In this document: positions 6,890 through 19,154 of the stretch, piece after piece | How the letters are laid out: each line of letters opens with the position of its first letter | How positions within the stretch are numbered: the first letter of the stretch is position 1 | NCBI RefSeq assembly: GCF_000026545.1 | Contig: NC_011601.1 | Strand: one strand, 5' to 3' | DNA from: Escherichia coli O127:H6 str. E2348/69 | GTDB lineage: Bacteria; Pseudomonadota; Gammaproteobacteria; Enterobacterales; Enterobacteriaceae | DNA: 64,000 nucleotides | Program-made: the position numbers and the translations under genes | The notes under the pieces: generated by a model | Told to the model about the DNA's origin: nothing | Database searches by the model: none | What the model saw: the letters and a program-made list of their open reading frames with translations, nothing else

Positions 6890-9733
6890 TCAATCTTTAT
6901 CGTAAAAACTGCCACGTCCGGCACGGTCGCGTCGTTCCAATTCTGCCCTGACCATTTCACCGACCAGTTTCGCCAGTTTGCGGGGATTCTGCGTAACAAC
7001 GTTATGCAGATGAACATGAATTTCACCGCCAAATCCGGAGACAACAGGCTCCCGGTTACGGGAAGTTGCAGGAACTGATGCCACTGGCGATCGTATGGCC
7101 TCCGCCACCGGGCGGGAGCTGGCCGCAACAACAGGGACCAGCGCCGGAGGCAGAGGAGTCGGGACCACGGGTGTGATGTTGATTGCGGAAGCAGGCTTAC
7201 TGACCTGCGCAATCTTCCGCTCCTGCCACTCCCCACGAACAGCAAGTGCGCGGGGCAGATTCTTAAAGACAATATCGCCGGGGCCAATGCGTTTTTTCGT
7301 CTCATCAACCAGCTTACCTGTGTTATCAGCAATTTTGCTGAGTCTGCGTAGCGTACCGGTATTGCTGTCTGTGAGCGGTTTGTTGTCTTTGGGTTTATCA
7401 CCTCCGGTGCCATTGCCATTTTCCACAGGCTTCGGCGGATTGATTTTCGCCAGGTCCCCCTGAAGCAAGGCAACCTTGTCCTGAAGAATGGCCGCACGCT
7501 GTGCGTCTTCGATTTTCTTGCGCGCCCTTTCCGCTTCATCCGGAAGGACGCCAAGTTTTTCAAGTATCCACGCCAGCGTATCCAGTAGCATTTTTGCAGG
7601 CGTCAGAACAAGTTGTAACGCACCGCCAAGAACGTTACCGAATATCTCGCCAGCACTGGTACATTTATCCAGCGTTTCCTTGCTGGACTCCATCGGTGAC
7701 AGCAGCGATTTAAACCAGTTAAACACCTGGCTGATCCCGCTTCCGATTGCGTCAAAAACAGGACCAAACCGTTCAAAGGTTTCGCGCAACGGGGCCAGCC
7801 TTTCCATAATCCCGCTGAACACCCCGGCAAAAAATGCCCTGATGGGATCCCAGTATTTCCAGATAAGAACGGCAGCTCCGGCAAGTGCAGCCACGATAAG
7901 ACCAACCGGACTGAACAGCGCCCCGATAGCGCCTCCCAGTAAAGAAACGGAACCCGTCACCATTCCCCATAGTGCTGGCAGGACCCTGACAGCATTCATT
8001 GATCCGGTCAGGAGAGAAAAACCAAGACGCAGTTTTGCCAGCGGACCAGCAAGCACACCAATAGCCAGCGACAACGAGCCAACCGTTGCAGTCATTGCCA
8101 GCAACGCACCGCCTGCTATCAGTAGCTGGCGCGTCAGTGCCGGATGGGCCTGCGCCAGCGCCGTCACCCTTGATACCACCCGCGTGAGCCACTGCGTGAC
8201 AGAACGCAGCGGACCGTCAATCAGATCTGCAATGCGGATGCGCAACCCTTCCCATGCACTGCCGAGTGATTTCAGATCGCCGTCAAGGTTGTTGGCCATA
8301 ACCTTTGCTGTGCGTTCAGCCTCACCGCGCGCGCCTTCAAGTTCTTTTCTCAGTTTGGGTAAGGAACCGTCACCCGCTGCATCAACGAGCGCCATAAACG
8401 ATGTGAAAGCCTCTTCTCCGGCAATGTCCTTAAAGAACGATACCCGGTCAACTTCCCCGTATTTGCGGGTGGCTTTATAAAGGTCGGCCAGCACATCCTC
8501 CATCGGGCGCATTTTGCCCCCGGCATCCGAGACGGACACGCCCAGCTCTTTCAGAGCTTCTGCCGCCGCCTTTGGCGGTGATGCCAGACGAGCCAGGCTG
8601 GCACGCATTGCCGTCCCGGCATCACTCCCTCTGATGCCCATATTCGCCAGCACGCCAGCCATCGCTGCGGCCTGCTCCAGCGATATTCCCAGCTTACCCG
8701 CCACCGGACCTGCATATTTCATGGTTTCGCCCAGTGCGCGAAGGTCAGTGTTGGTACGGGTAAACGCTGCGGTGAGTGTGTCACCGACCCGGTCCATCTG
8801 GTCAGCAGAAAGGCCGAACTGCGTCAGGATATTTGAGCCAATATCTGCCGTCTCGCCGAGATCCATACCGCCAGCCGTTGCCATGCTCAGCACTCCGGGA
8901 AGCGCAGCCTGAATGGCCTGCGGTGTGAAGCCAGCCATTGCAAGAAATGCCTGCCCACTGGCGGCATCGCCTGCGGTGAACTGCGTTTCAGAGCCAAGTT
9001 TTAACGCCTGCTCACGCAGCGCCTTAAACTGCGGGCTGTTCTGGTCGATTCGCGTCAGCGCCTGAACGCGGGACATCTCTTTGCCGAACCCGATCGCGGG
9101 CTGCAAAAAACGCCCGGCAGCATAGCCGCCCGCCGCTGCCGCACCAATTGCCAGCGCACCACCTGTTTTCAGTTTTCCCGCGGTTTCCTGCGCGCGCGAA
9201 TACCGCTCACGCGCCCGCGTTACACGCGCAAGCGCCTGCCGTTCGCGTTCAAGCTGGTTGTTGTACTGTTCGGTGCGTCTGATGGCCTGCTGGATGGTGT
9301 TATCGCTGCCTGTCAGGGAAATGCCGTGGCGTTTCAGCTCTCCGCCAAGTTCCCGCATTTTCTGAATTTCCCGTGTGCGCGATTCATTCAGGCGTTCAAG
9401 CCGGGTGCTTAACTGCTGCATCAGCTTTTGTTGTTTTTCGCTGAGCACTGTACCCGTGCGTTGTAACTGATTAAGAGCGTTAAGCTGGCGTCGTGCTTTC
9501 AATATGCCAGCATCCGCTTTACTGACAGCGTCACGGGCGCGCTCAAATGAACGCGCCTGACGCTCGAGATTTTTGATCGCCCCCTGCGTTCGCTGGATGG
9601 AGTCACCAAACTGCCCCATCAGGCGGCGGGCGTTTTCGGCAGGCCGGGTCAGCCTGTCAACGGCGCTGAAAGCGACCCGGATATCAAGAGTCTTCATTGT
9701 CTGTATTCCCGCTGCGAAGTGCCGCCCGCTCAC
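6890..9733 (-). CDS. tail tape measure protein, P2 gpT-like (start uncertain: GTG 9733 or ATG 9697)
   Basis: 947 aa ORF, Ala/Gly-rich with hydrophobic segments, follows E/E' as in P2. Confidence 0.8.
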   Translation of the reverse strand: MSGRHFAAGIQTMKTLDIRVAFSAVDRLTRPAENARRLMGQFGDSIQRTQGAIKNLERQARSFERARDAVSKADAGILKARRQLNALNQLQRTGTVLSEKQQKLMQQLSTRLERLNESRTREIQKMRELGGELKRHGISLTGSDNTIQQAIRRTEQYNNQLERERQALARVTRARERYSRAQETAGKLKTGGALAIGAAAAGGYAAGRFLQPAIGFGKEMSRVQALTRIDQNSPQFKALREQALKLGSETQFTAGDAASGQAFLAMAGFTPQAIQAALPGVLSMATAGGMDLGETADIGSNILTQFGLSADQMDRVGDTLTAAFTRTNTDLRALGETMKYAGPVAGKLGISLEQAAAMAGVLANMGIRGSDAGTAMRASLARLASPPKAAAEALKELGVSVSDAGGKMRPMEDVLADLYKATRKYGEVDRVSFFKDIAGEEAFTSFMALVDAAGDGSLPKLRKELEGARGEAERTAKVMANNLDGDLKSLGSAWEGLRIRIADLIDGPLRSVTQWLTRVVSRVTALAQAHPALTRQLLIAGGALLAMTATVGSLSLAIGVLAGPLAKLRLGFSLLTGSMNAVRVLPALWGMVTGSVSLLGGAIGALFSPVGLIVAALAGAAVLIWKYWDPIRAFFAGVFSGIMERLAPLRETFERFGPVFDAIGSGISQVFNWFKSLLSPMESSKETLDKCTSAGEIFGNVLGGALQLVLTPAKMLLDTLAWILEKLGVLPDEAERARKKIEDAQRAAILQDKVALLQGDLAKINPPKPVENGNGTGGDKPKDNKPLTDSNTGTLRRLSKIADNTGKLVDETKKRIGPGDIVFKNLPRALAVRGEWQERKIAQVSKPASAINITPVVPTPLPPALVPVVAASSRPVAEAIRSPVASVPATSRNREPVVSGFGGEIHVHLHNVVTQNPRKLAKLVGEMVRAELERRDRAGRGSFYDKD

Positions 9734-9947
9734 GCCAGCTAACCACTTCGCCGGGAGTCATCATGAAGATTTCGGCGGGCGACCAGTTAAAAATGGTGGC
9801 AATATCCGCCACCAGATCTTCGATGTGCTCAAAGCACACCAGGGTGATTACGCTGCCGTCTCCTGCACGCTCTTCGCGCCAGAGTCTGGCTCGCTCATAA
9901 AATTTACAGCCACAGCGCACAACTGAATAAAATCGCGTGACGACATT
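9684..9947 (-). CDS. gpE' extension, expressed as E+E' fusion by programmed -1 frameshift
   Basis: Overlapping frame downstream of an A-run (ttaaaaaaatg) inside E; C-terminus ...NTDNEDS typical of E+E'. Confidence 0.5.
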   Translation of the reverse strand, partial: NVVTRFYSVVRCGCKFYERARLWREERAGDGSVITLVCFEHIEDLVADIATIFNWSPAEIFMMTPGEVVSWRERAALRSGNTDNEDS

Positions 9948-10222
9948 TTTTTAATCATCACTTCATCCAGTTGTGGCGAGGTCACGCGAGGCAACAGCGT
10001 GAACATGGTATCCGCTTTCAGATTCAGCACATCAGACAGCGACAGACCACGCAGGGATCCCGCCTGCTCAATAGCCCCGGTGATCTCCACATATGTGATT
10101 TTTTCGGCACCACGCTCAATTGGCCGGGAAAGTTTTACACCACGTTCGACAGCCATATCCTCACCTGCCGTCACATCATCCGCTACGGTGTTATTCCGGG
10201 TTTCAGTATCGATATTTTTCAT
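9848..10222 (-). CDS. tail assembly chaperone, P2 gpE-like
   Basis: ORF between FII and T; N-terminus MKNIDTETRNN; paired with overlapping E' frame. Confidence 0.7.
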   Translation of the reverse strand: MKNIDTETRNNTVADDVTAGEDMAVERGVKLSRPIERGAEKITYVEITGAIEQAGSLRGLSLSDVLNLKADTMFTLLPRVTSPQLDEVMIKKMSSRDFIQLCAVAVNFMSEPDSGAKSVQETAA

Positions 10223-10277
10223 CAGTTGTCTCCTTTTCAGTCAGAGGCGACGCACTGCGCCGCCTGCATATTACTTA

Positions 10278-10790
10278 TCAGCCAAGCCCGAGCGCGGAAC
10301 GGATGCGATCGGGCACAATGTCCTTGCCGTCCTTCCGGTAAATGAAGTTCAGCAGGTCAATCTCCCACAACGGACGATCGTTAACACTCAGCTTGTAGTA
10401 GGTGTTTTTAATGGCGTAAGTGTGTGATGTGGCTTCGCCCTGTTTGGCTTCCCCCATATCAATTTCCGTCACACGTCCGCGCATTTCGACTTCATACAGG
10501 TCGCTTTCTGCATCGGTGTAATATTCACCCGCAAAACGCAGCAGCGTGCCGTCAATCGTGCCGCCATACTTAAGGAACAGCTCACGAACTGCGCCCCCCA
10601 TGACAAAGCTCGCATCAAGCGCGGAGTCGTCCAGACCGAGATCAATACTTACCGCCCCCATCATGCCACCACCCCGGTAGCTGTCGGTTTTGCGCGTCAG
10701 CTTAGGCAGGGTGACGGACGTCACCTTACCCACTTCGTTTTCACCATCCACAAACAGCGTAAAAAAGCGAAGATGTTTTGGCACAGCCAT
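10278..10790 (-). CDS. tail tube protein, P2 gpFII-like
   Basis: 170 aa ORF directly downstream of sheath gene. Confidence 0.8.
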   Translation of the reverse strand: MAVPKHLRFFTLFVDGENEVGKVTSVTLPKLTRKTDSYRGGGMMGAVSIDLGLDDSALDASFVMGGAVRELFLKYGGTIDGTLLRFAGEYYTDAESDLYEVEMRGRVTEIDMGEAKQGEATSHTYAIKNTYYKLSVNDRPLWEIDLLNFIYRKDGKDIVPDRIRSALGLG

Positions 10791-11974
10791 CAGGCACCTC
10801 CCAGCACCGCAAATGCGGGTTCAAAGTATTCATCAGTAAACGTCTGGTAAAGCTCCATGTCTTCCAGTGGCGGAACGGGCGTATATTTGTAGCGAATACG
10901 CACACGCCCCTGACGTAAATCCGTGGTGCTGTTATCCACCACGTCATACCAGCACTCCGCGCCAATCAGTTTCCCGGCAGTCACCAGTGAATCCAGTTTT
11001 GCCCTGATGGCACTGATAACATCCTTCACGTTCGCAGGCGTCAGTGGACTGTCGATGGTTTCAAACTGCGCTTCCGCAATTGAATCAGCCAGCACCTGTG
11101 CGGTTCGGGTATACACCTCAAAGATGTAGGCGTTCGTTTCCGGTGTGCGGTTGCCCCAGAAGCGGAACCCGTTGCGACGAATAATGGTCGTGATTTCTTT
11201 GTTGTTGAGGCTGTTGGCATCGCTGTCTTCGGCCTGCAACGACCAGAACACATGCCTCGACATCCCCAGCACATTTTTAACCGGAACGTTGGACAGTGAT
11301 TTGTGCCAGCCCTGCTCATGGTCAATGTACGCACGAAGGCCGCACGCATAGGCAGGCGCGGGGAACGTTTCGTTTTTGCCACTTTTCGGGTTGTAGGCGA
11401 TGAAGTCCGGCCATAAGAGCATCACCTCACGTTCGTTGAATTTCTGGCGGTAGGTAATCGCATCAGCCATCGTGTCACAGCCATGACATGAGGCATACAC
11501 AAACGCGCGCAGTTTACCCGCAATCACGCACAGGGATTTTGTCACCGCCTCCGTGTCCAGCTCCGGCGCGGCCAGAATACGCGGACGGTATCCGATGCTT
11601 TCATCCTGCTCTGCAACAAGCAGCGCATACATCCCCGTATAGCTGCCGTCAGATTCAGAACCACCGATAACCAGTTGATCCTGCGTCTTTCCGTCTTCTT
11701 CTTTGTGTTCAGCCACGCGAACGACGATCACCTTTGTGCTCACCTGGTCTGCGATAGCCTTAAGCGCACGATAAAGCGTCCCCGTTGTCCCGCATTTTCC
11801 CAGCACGTCATTGACGCGGGTCAGCAGTGTGGGCTTGTTCAGCGGGAACAGCTTCGCGTCCGCATCATCCGCCGTTGCCACGATACCGATAACACTGGAA
11901 TCAACATCATTAATCGCTGTTACCAGGTCGGTATTTTCCGTAACACGGGCACCATGAAAACGAGTTTCACTCAT
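10790..11974 (-). CDS. contractile tail sheath protein, P2 gpFI-like
   Basis: About 394 aa from internal Met MSETRFHG of 452 aa ORF; position before FII. Confidence 0.8.
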   Translation of the reverse strand: MSETRFHGARVTENTDLVTAINDVDSSVIGIVATADDADAKLFPLNKPTLLTRVNDVLGKCGTTGTLYRALKAIADQVSTKVIVVRVAEHKEEDGKTQDQLVIGGSESDGSYTGMYALLVAEQDESIGYRPRILAAPELDTEAVTKSLCVIAGKLRAFVYASCHGCDTMADAITYRQKFNEREVMLLWPDFIAYNPKSGKNETFPAPAYACGLRAYIDHEQGWHKSLSNVPVKNVLGMSRHVFWSLQAEDSDANSLNNKEITTIIRRNGFRFWGNRTPETNAYIFEVYTRTAQVLADSIAEAQFETIDSPLTPANVKDVISAIRAKLDSLVTAGKLIGAECWYDVVDNSTTDLRQGRVRIRYKYTPVPPLEDMELYQTFTDEYFEPAFAVLGGA

Positions 11975-12131
11975 AGCTTCAGCCCCTTGTATCCGTAAAA
12001 TGATTCGGCAACAATCATCACCCACCACGCGCGTAATCTCACCCCTGCGCCGTTCTCCCGACCCGGCGACAACAAAAAGCAGTAACCCCCTCCGCACGCA
12101 CATGCGACCATGCCGCACAGGGAGGGAACAG

Positions 12132-13232
12132 ATGACCGATACCACCATGCAATTGCTCAGTCAGGGCACAGACCCCGTGAAAATGCCGGATTTTGATATT
12201 CTCGCGGAGGGTAAAACGCTGTCAGGCGTGGCAGAGCGCCTGATGAGCCTGTCACTGACCGACAACCGGGGATTTGAGGCGGACCAGCTCACCATCACGC
12301 TGGATGATGCGGATGGTCAGTTGCAGCTACCGCCACGGGGCGCGCGCCTGACGGTTCTCATTGGCTGGAAAGGAGAACCGCTGACAGAAAAAGGCACTTA
12401 CATTGTTGATGAAATCGCTCACGAAGGACCGCCGGACAGGCTGACTGTTTCAGCCAGAAGCGCAGATTTTCGGGATGAATTTAACGTTAAACGTGAGGTG
12501 TCCTGGCATGATGTGACCGTTGAGCGCGTGGTATCTGCCATCGCTCATCGGTACGGTCTGAAACCGCAAATCAGCGAAATACTGATGGATATCGAAATCG
12601 ACCACGCCGACCAGACCGAAGAAAGCGACATGTCCTTCCTTACGCGCATGGCGGAAATGCTGGGCGCAATCACCACGGTAAAAAGCGGTAATCTGTTATT
12701 CATCATGCCAGGCGGTCGCGTGAACGCACTGGGCCAGCCGTTGCCATCGTTCGCCATCACACGCAGCAGCGGCGATCGCCATCAGTTCCGCATTGCTGAC
12801 CGCGAGGCGTATACGGGTGTACGCGCCTACTGGCTTGATCTTAATTACGGGAAAAAGAAAAAAGTCAGCGTGAAACGCCGCAAACCGAAAAAAGAGAAAA
12901 GCAGCAGCCGTGAAGGTGACTATATGGAAGGTGCGGAAGGCAACGTGTTTGTGTTACGCAAAACTTATCAGAACGAGCAGGCAGCAAGACGCGCAGCGGC
13001 GGCAAAATGGCAGCAGCTACAACGCGGAGCCGCATCATTTTCCATCACGCTGGCACGTGGACGAGCAGAACTCTACCCCGAAATGCATGGCACGGTAACA
13101 GGATTTAAAAGCGAGATTGATAATCAGGACTGGATCATTGCAAAAGCCGAGCACACCATTGATAACAGTGGCTTTACCACGCAGCTTGAGCTTGAAGCCA
13201 AAATCCCGGAATGGATAGCAGAAACAGAGTAA
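12132..13232 (+). CDS. tail protein, P2 gpD-like
   Basis: About 366 aa from MTDTTMQLL; lysine-rich linker; precedes ogr as in P2. Confidence 0.75.
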   Translation: MTDTTMQLLSQGTDPVKMPDFDILAEGKTLSGVAERLMSLSLTDNRGFEADQLTITLDDADGQLQLPPRGARLTVLIGWKGEPLTEKGTYIVDEIAHEGPPDRLTVSARSADFRDEFNVKREVSWHDVTVERVVSAIAHRYGLKPQISEILMDIEIDHADQTEESDMSFLTRMAEMLGAITTVKSGNLLFIMPGGRVNALGQPLPSFAITRSSGDRHQFRIADREAYTGVRAYWLDLNYGKKKKVSVKRRKPKKEKSSSREGDYMEGAEGNVFVLRKTYQNEQAARRAAAAKWQQLQRGAASFSITLARGRAELYPEMHGTVTGFKSEIDNQDWIIAKAEHTIDNSGFTTQLELEAKIPEWIAETE

Positions 13233-13426
13233 ACAACTTAGATGCATTAGCCCTGACATTTGCTAACGCGCTTACAGCAAGAATCATAACCAATCTGACA
13301 GCCTACCCGGTGTCAAAATCAGAAGAGCCTTACATTAGAATATGTTAATTTGTAGCAAACAAATTTACACACAAATGATTACTGCTGAAATAGCCCCCAT
13401 AAATGCCATGTCAAAGGATCCATGTT

Positions 13427-14092
13427 ATGAATATGCAAATTTTTATCGCACCAGCAGCCACAGTTGCTGCAGTCTGCCTTGCTGCATATTTTGCTTTACG
13501 AAATGAACGTAAAAAGAAAGCACTTGAGATTAGAACAACTCAACTAGATCGAATATCTGAGCTAGTAAACCGAGCATCTACCAATTTGATGCAATATACA
13601 GGTACTCTTGCCTCTATACTGGAAGCGCACGCCAAAGATAATTATCTACCGAACAAAAAATTTGACATTAATGTAATTAGCAAATGGAAAGATTGCCTCG
13701 ATGAGAGTGAGGTCTGGGCGATTGATATACAGCAACTAAGAACATGTCAGCACAGTCTGGAGTTTCATCGTGAAAAAGAATGGGCTGAATGGAAAAAAAT
13801 AATTCCACCATTACTTGATAAAATTAACCAATTTTTTCTCATATCTAAGCCAGGGCAACCTGTTACGTTTATAAATGGCCAAAACAAAACAGCTGATGAA
13901 CTACTTGTTTTCTCAAGATATTTGAGAAAACAAACAGCAGAAATTGAATCAGTACGTCAGCTGTTACTTTCTCAAATGAGAGAGGAATTCATCGAGTTAA
14001 CTAGCTTTGAACCTGTCACAATGTTTAGCTTATTTAAATCAATAAAGAAAAATGTCATGCAATTTTTCTGTATCAGTGCTCTTAAAAATTGA
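13427..14092 (+). CDS. hypothetical membrane-anchored protein (N-terminal TM helix), AT-rich insert between D and ogr
   Basis: 229 aa ORF (13403..14092; likely start 13427 or 13433); hydrophobic N-terminus IFIAPAATVAAVCLAAYFAL then charged helical region; markedly lower GC than flanking phage genes. Confidence 0.55.
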   Translation: MNMQIFIAPAATVAAVCLAAYFALRNERKKKALEIRTTQLDRISELVNRASTNLMQYTGTLASILEAHAKDNYLPNKKFDINVISKWKDCLDESEVWAIDIQQLRTCQHSLEFHREKEWAEWKKIIPPLLDKINQFFLISKPGQPVTFINGQNKTADELLVFSRYLRKQTAEIESVRQLLLSQMREEFIELTSFEPVTMFSLFKSIKKNVMQFFCISALKN

Positions 14093-14241
14093 CGCTCTGT
14101 TGCAAGCAACCCCAGTGTTAAACTGGGGTTATTCTTGCTAAGAGACCTTTCTACGGCATCAGTAAACAAAACGAACTATCAGTTGGAGTCTGAGCAAGTT
14201 CAGCCTAAACTAGCGACAGCACTACGTTAAGGGAGGTCGCT

Positions 14242-14502
14242 ATGTTCCGTTGTCCGCTTTGTGGCGCATCTGCCCGTATCCGCACCAGTCGTCCGGAAAA
14301 TGATTCAAACACCGTGCGGCAAAAGTATTACCAGTGTAACAACCTGGAATGCGGCGTATGCTTCTCAACACTGGAAGCTTTCCATAAATTCACATCGAAA
14401 CACGCCTCCGGCATCCACTCTTCAGAAGGTATCCCGTGGCATGAGCTGCCAGCTTCACACAGGGGAAACAATCAGATGAGCTTGCCTTTACCTCAGAATT
14501 AA
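14242..14502 (+). CDS. ogr: late gene transcriptional activator, Ogr/Delta zinc-finger family
   Basis: N-terminus MFRCPLCGASARIRTSR...YYQCNNLECG with Cys-x2-Cys...Cys-x4-Cys pattern as in P2 Ogr; 86 aa, longer than the ~72 aa recalled for P2. Confidence 0.8.
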   Translation: MFRCPLCGASARIRTSRPENDSNTVRQKYYQCNNLECGVCFSTLEAFHKFTSKHASGIHSSEGIPWHELPASHRGNNQMSLPLPQN

Positions 14503-14562
14503 CAGGCAGAATTGCCGGAGTAACAAAAACGCGATAGATTACGCGCGGGTGCCTTTCGGCTG

Positions 14563-14775
14563 ATGGTCGGAGGGAATACCCGAAGGCCAGATGTGGAAAG
14601 GCCCCGGAAAACATCTCTGTTTAACCGAGGCCCTAACCGCATTACCTTGACAAGTGAAAGGTTAGCGCCTCTCCGGAAAAGGAGCAAGTGCTATGTCGCA
14701 AAAATCGCTTACGGCCATCACGTTCTGCGTGACGGCAATCCTCATCATCTGGATGTTGCACGGTTCGCTGTGTGA
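14563..14775 (+). CDS. mok-like overlapping reading frame of hok-family locus
   Basis: 70 aa ORF in different frame overlapping the hok-like ORF, as mok overlaps hok in plasmid R1. Confidence 0.4.
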   Translation: MVGGNTRRPDVERPRKTSLFNRGPNRITLTSERLAPLRKRSKCYVAKIAYGHHVLRDGNPHHLDVARFAV

Positions 14776-14833
14776 AATACGGATGAGCTTCTGGGGAGCG
14801 GAGTTTGCGGCGTTCTTACAGTGTAAGCAGTAA
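14693..14833 (+). CDS. Hok/Gef-family type I toxin (small membrane peptide)
   Basis: 46 aa: MSQKSLTAITFCVTAILIIWMLHGSLCEIRMSFWGAEFAAFLQCKQ; TM segment followed by SLCEIR and E(V/F)AAF motifs of Hok; good SD (aaaaggag) upstream. Confidence 0.75.
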   Translation: MSQKSLTAITFCVTAILIIWMLHGSLCEIRMSFWGAEFAAFLQCKQ

Positions 14834-14917
14834 GGAAACCGCGACGGGGGAGCAATCCCCCGTCAATCGGTTGCCAGGGTAAGGTCGATAAGGCACCCTA
14901 TCTCACAGACATGAACA

Positions 14918-14952
14918 ACAAACCCGCAGCATAAAAACTGCGGGTTTTCTTT
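14918..14952 (+). terminator. rho-independent terminator downstream of hok-like gene
   Basis: aaacccgcagcataaaaactgcgggttttcttttt hairpin plus T-tract. Confidence 0.6.
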
Positions 14953-15099
14953 TTGGTGTCCTCACCGACTTGAAACAGTGATCAGACTATAAGACAAAGC
15001 CCACAATGTAGCGGGCTTACTCCCCTCCCCCCACTAAATGTGGACGCATCGTGGAACGAAGAGATATAAAACATTATAAATCAATTAGTTATTGAAAGA

Positions 15100-15132
15100 A
15101 AAAAGGCCGCAGAGCGGCCTTTTTAGTTAGAT
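15100..15132 (-). terminator. rho-independent terminator of pheST-ihfA operon
   Basis: aaaaaggccgctctgcggccttttttc on minus strand just after ihfA stop. Confidence 0.7.
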
Positions 15133-15136
15133 CAGA

Positions 15137-15436
15137 TTACTCGTCTTTGGGCGAAGCGTTTTCGACCCGGCTTTTTAACTTCTGCCCGGGTCTGAAGGTC
15201 ACCACGCGCCGTGCTGTAATGGGAATATCCTCGCCCGTTTTCGGGTTACGTCCCGGGCGTTGATTCTTATCACGCAGATCGAAGTTACCAAAACCAGAGA
15301 GTTTCACCTGTTCGCCGTTTTCCAGAGCGCGACGGATCTCTTCGAAAAACAGTTCAACCAGTTCTTTGGCATCCCGCTTGCTAAGCCCAAGCTTATCAAA
15401 CAGATATTCTGACATTTCAGCTTTTGTAAGCGCCAT
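15137..15436 (-). CDS. ihfA: integration host factor alpha subunit
   Basis: 99 aa [33 protein letters not shown]... matches IHF-alpha. Confidence 0.95.
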
Positions 15437-15440
15437 AGGT

Positions 15441-17831
<2,391 letters not shown>

Positions 17832-17842
17832 CTATTCCTGCC

Positions 17843-19109
<1,267 letters not shown>

Positions 19110-19154
19110 TCAGGTGCTAAAGTAAAAAAAGAAGCGGAAAATAGCAGCATTCAT
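19110..19154 (-). CDS. pheM: pheST operon leader peptide
   Basis: Minus-strand ATG AAT GCT GCT ATT TTC CGC TTC TTT TTT TAC TTT AGC ACC TGA = [14 protein letters not shown] (5 Phe in 14 aa). Confidence 0.9.

Larger units (their letters stand above)
1..14950. mobile_element. P2-like (Peduovirus) prophage, right (tail/late gene, ogr-proximal) end; left boundary outside window, right boundary approximate
   Basis: Contiguous run of ORFs whose products resemble P2 S, V, W, J, I, H, Tfa, invertase, U, T, E/E', FII, FI, D, Ogr; ends just upstream of host ihfA. Confidence 0.85.

Noticed and set aside
7488-8912. Long plus-strand ORFs (330 aa, 132 aa and others) inside the tape measure gene region
   Set aside because: They lie antisense within the 947 aa tape-measure ORF, are Ser/Ala/Pro-rich as expected for the reverse frame of GC-rich coding DNA, and have no independent start context; treated as frame artefacts.
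11975-12131. Ogr-dependent late promoter (TGT-N12-ACA dyad) upstream of FI
   Set aside because: Expected here by biology, but no clean TGT-N12-ACA element with correct spacing could be found; not reported as a feature.
14242-14502. C-terminal extension of Ogr (86 aa versus about 72 aa recalled for P2) as a novel domain
   Set aside because: Length differences of this size are common among Ogr/Delta homologs and my recollection of the P2 length is approximate.
14840-14960. Possible tRNA or integration-target RNA gene near the prophage end
   Set aside because: No cloverleaf-compatible sequence with conserved T-loop (GTTCRANYC) found; the GC-rich dyads are better explained as the hok mRNA 3' fold and terminator.
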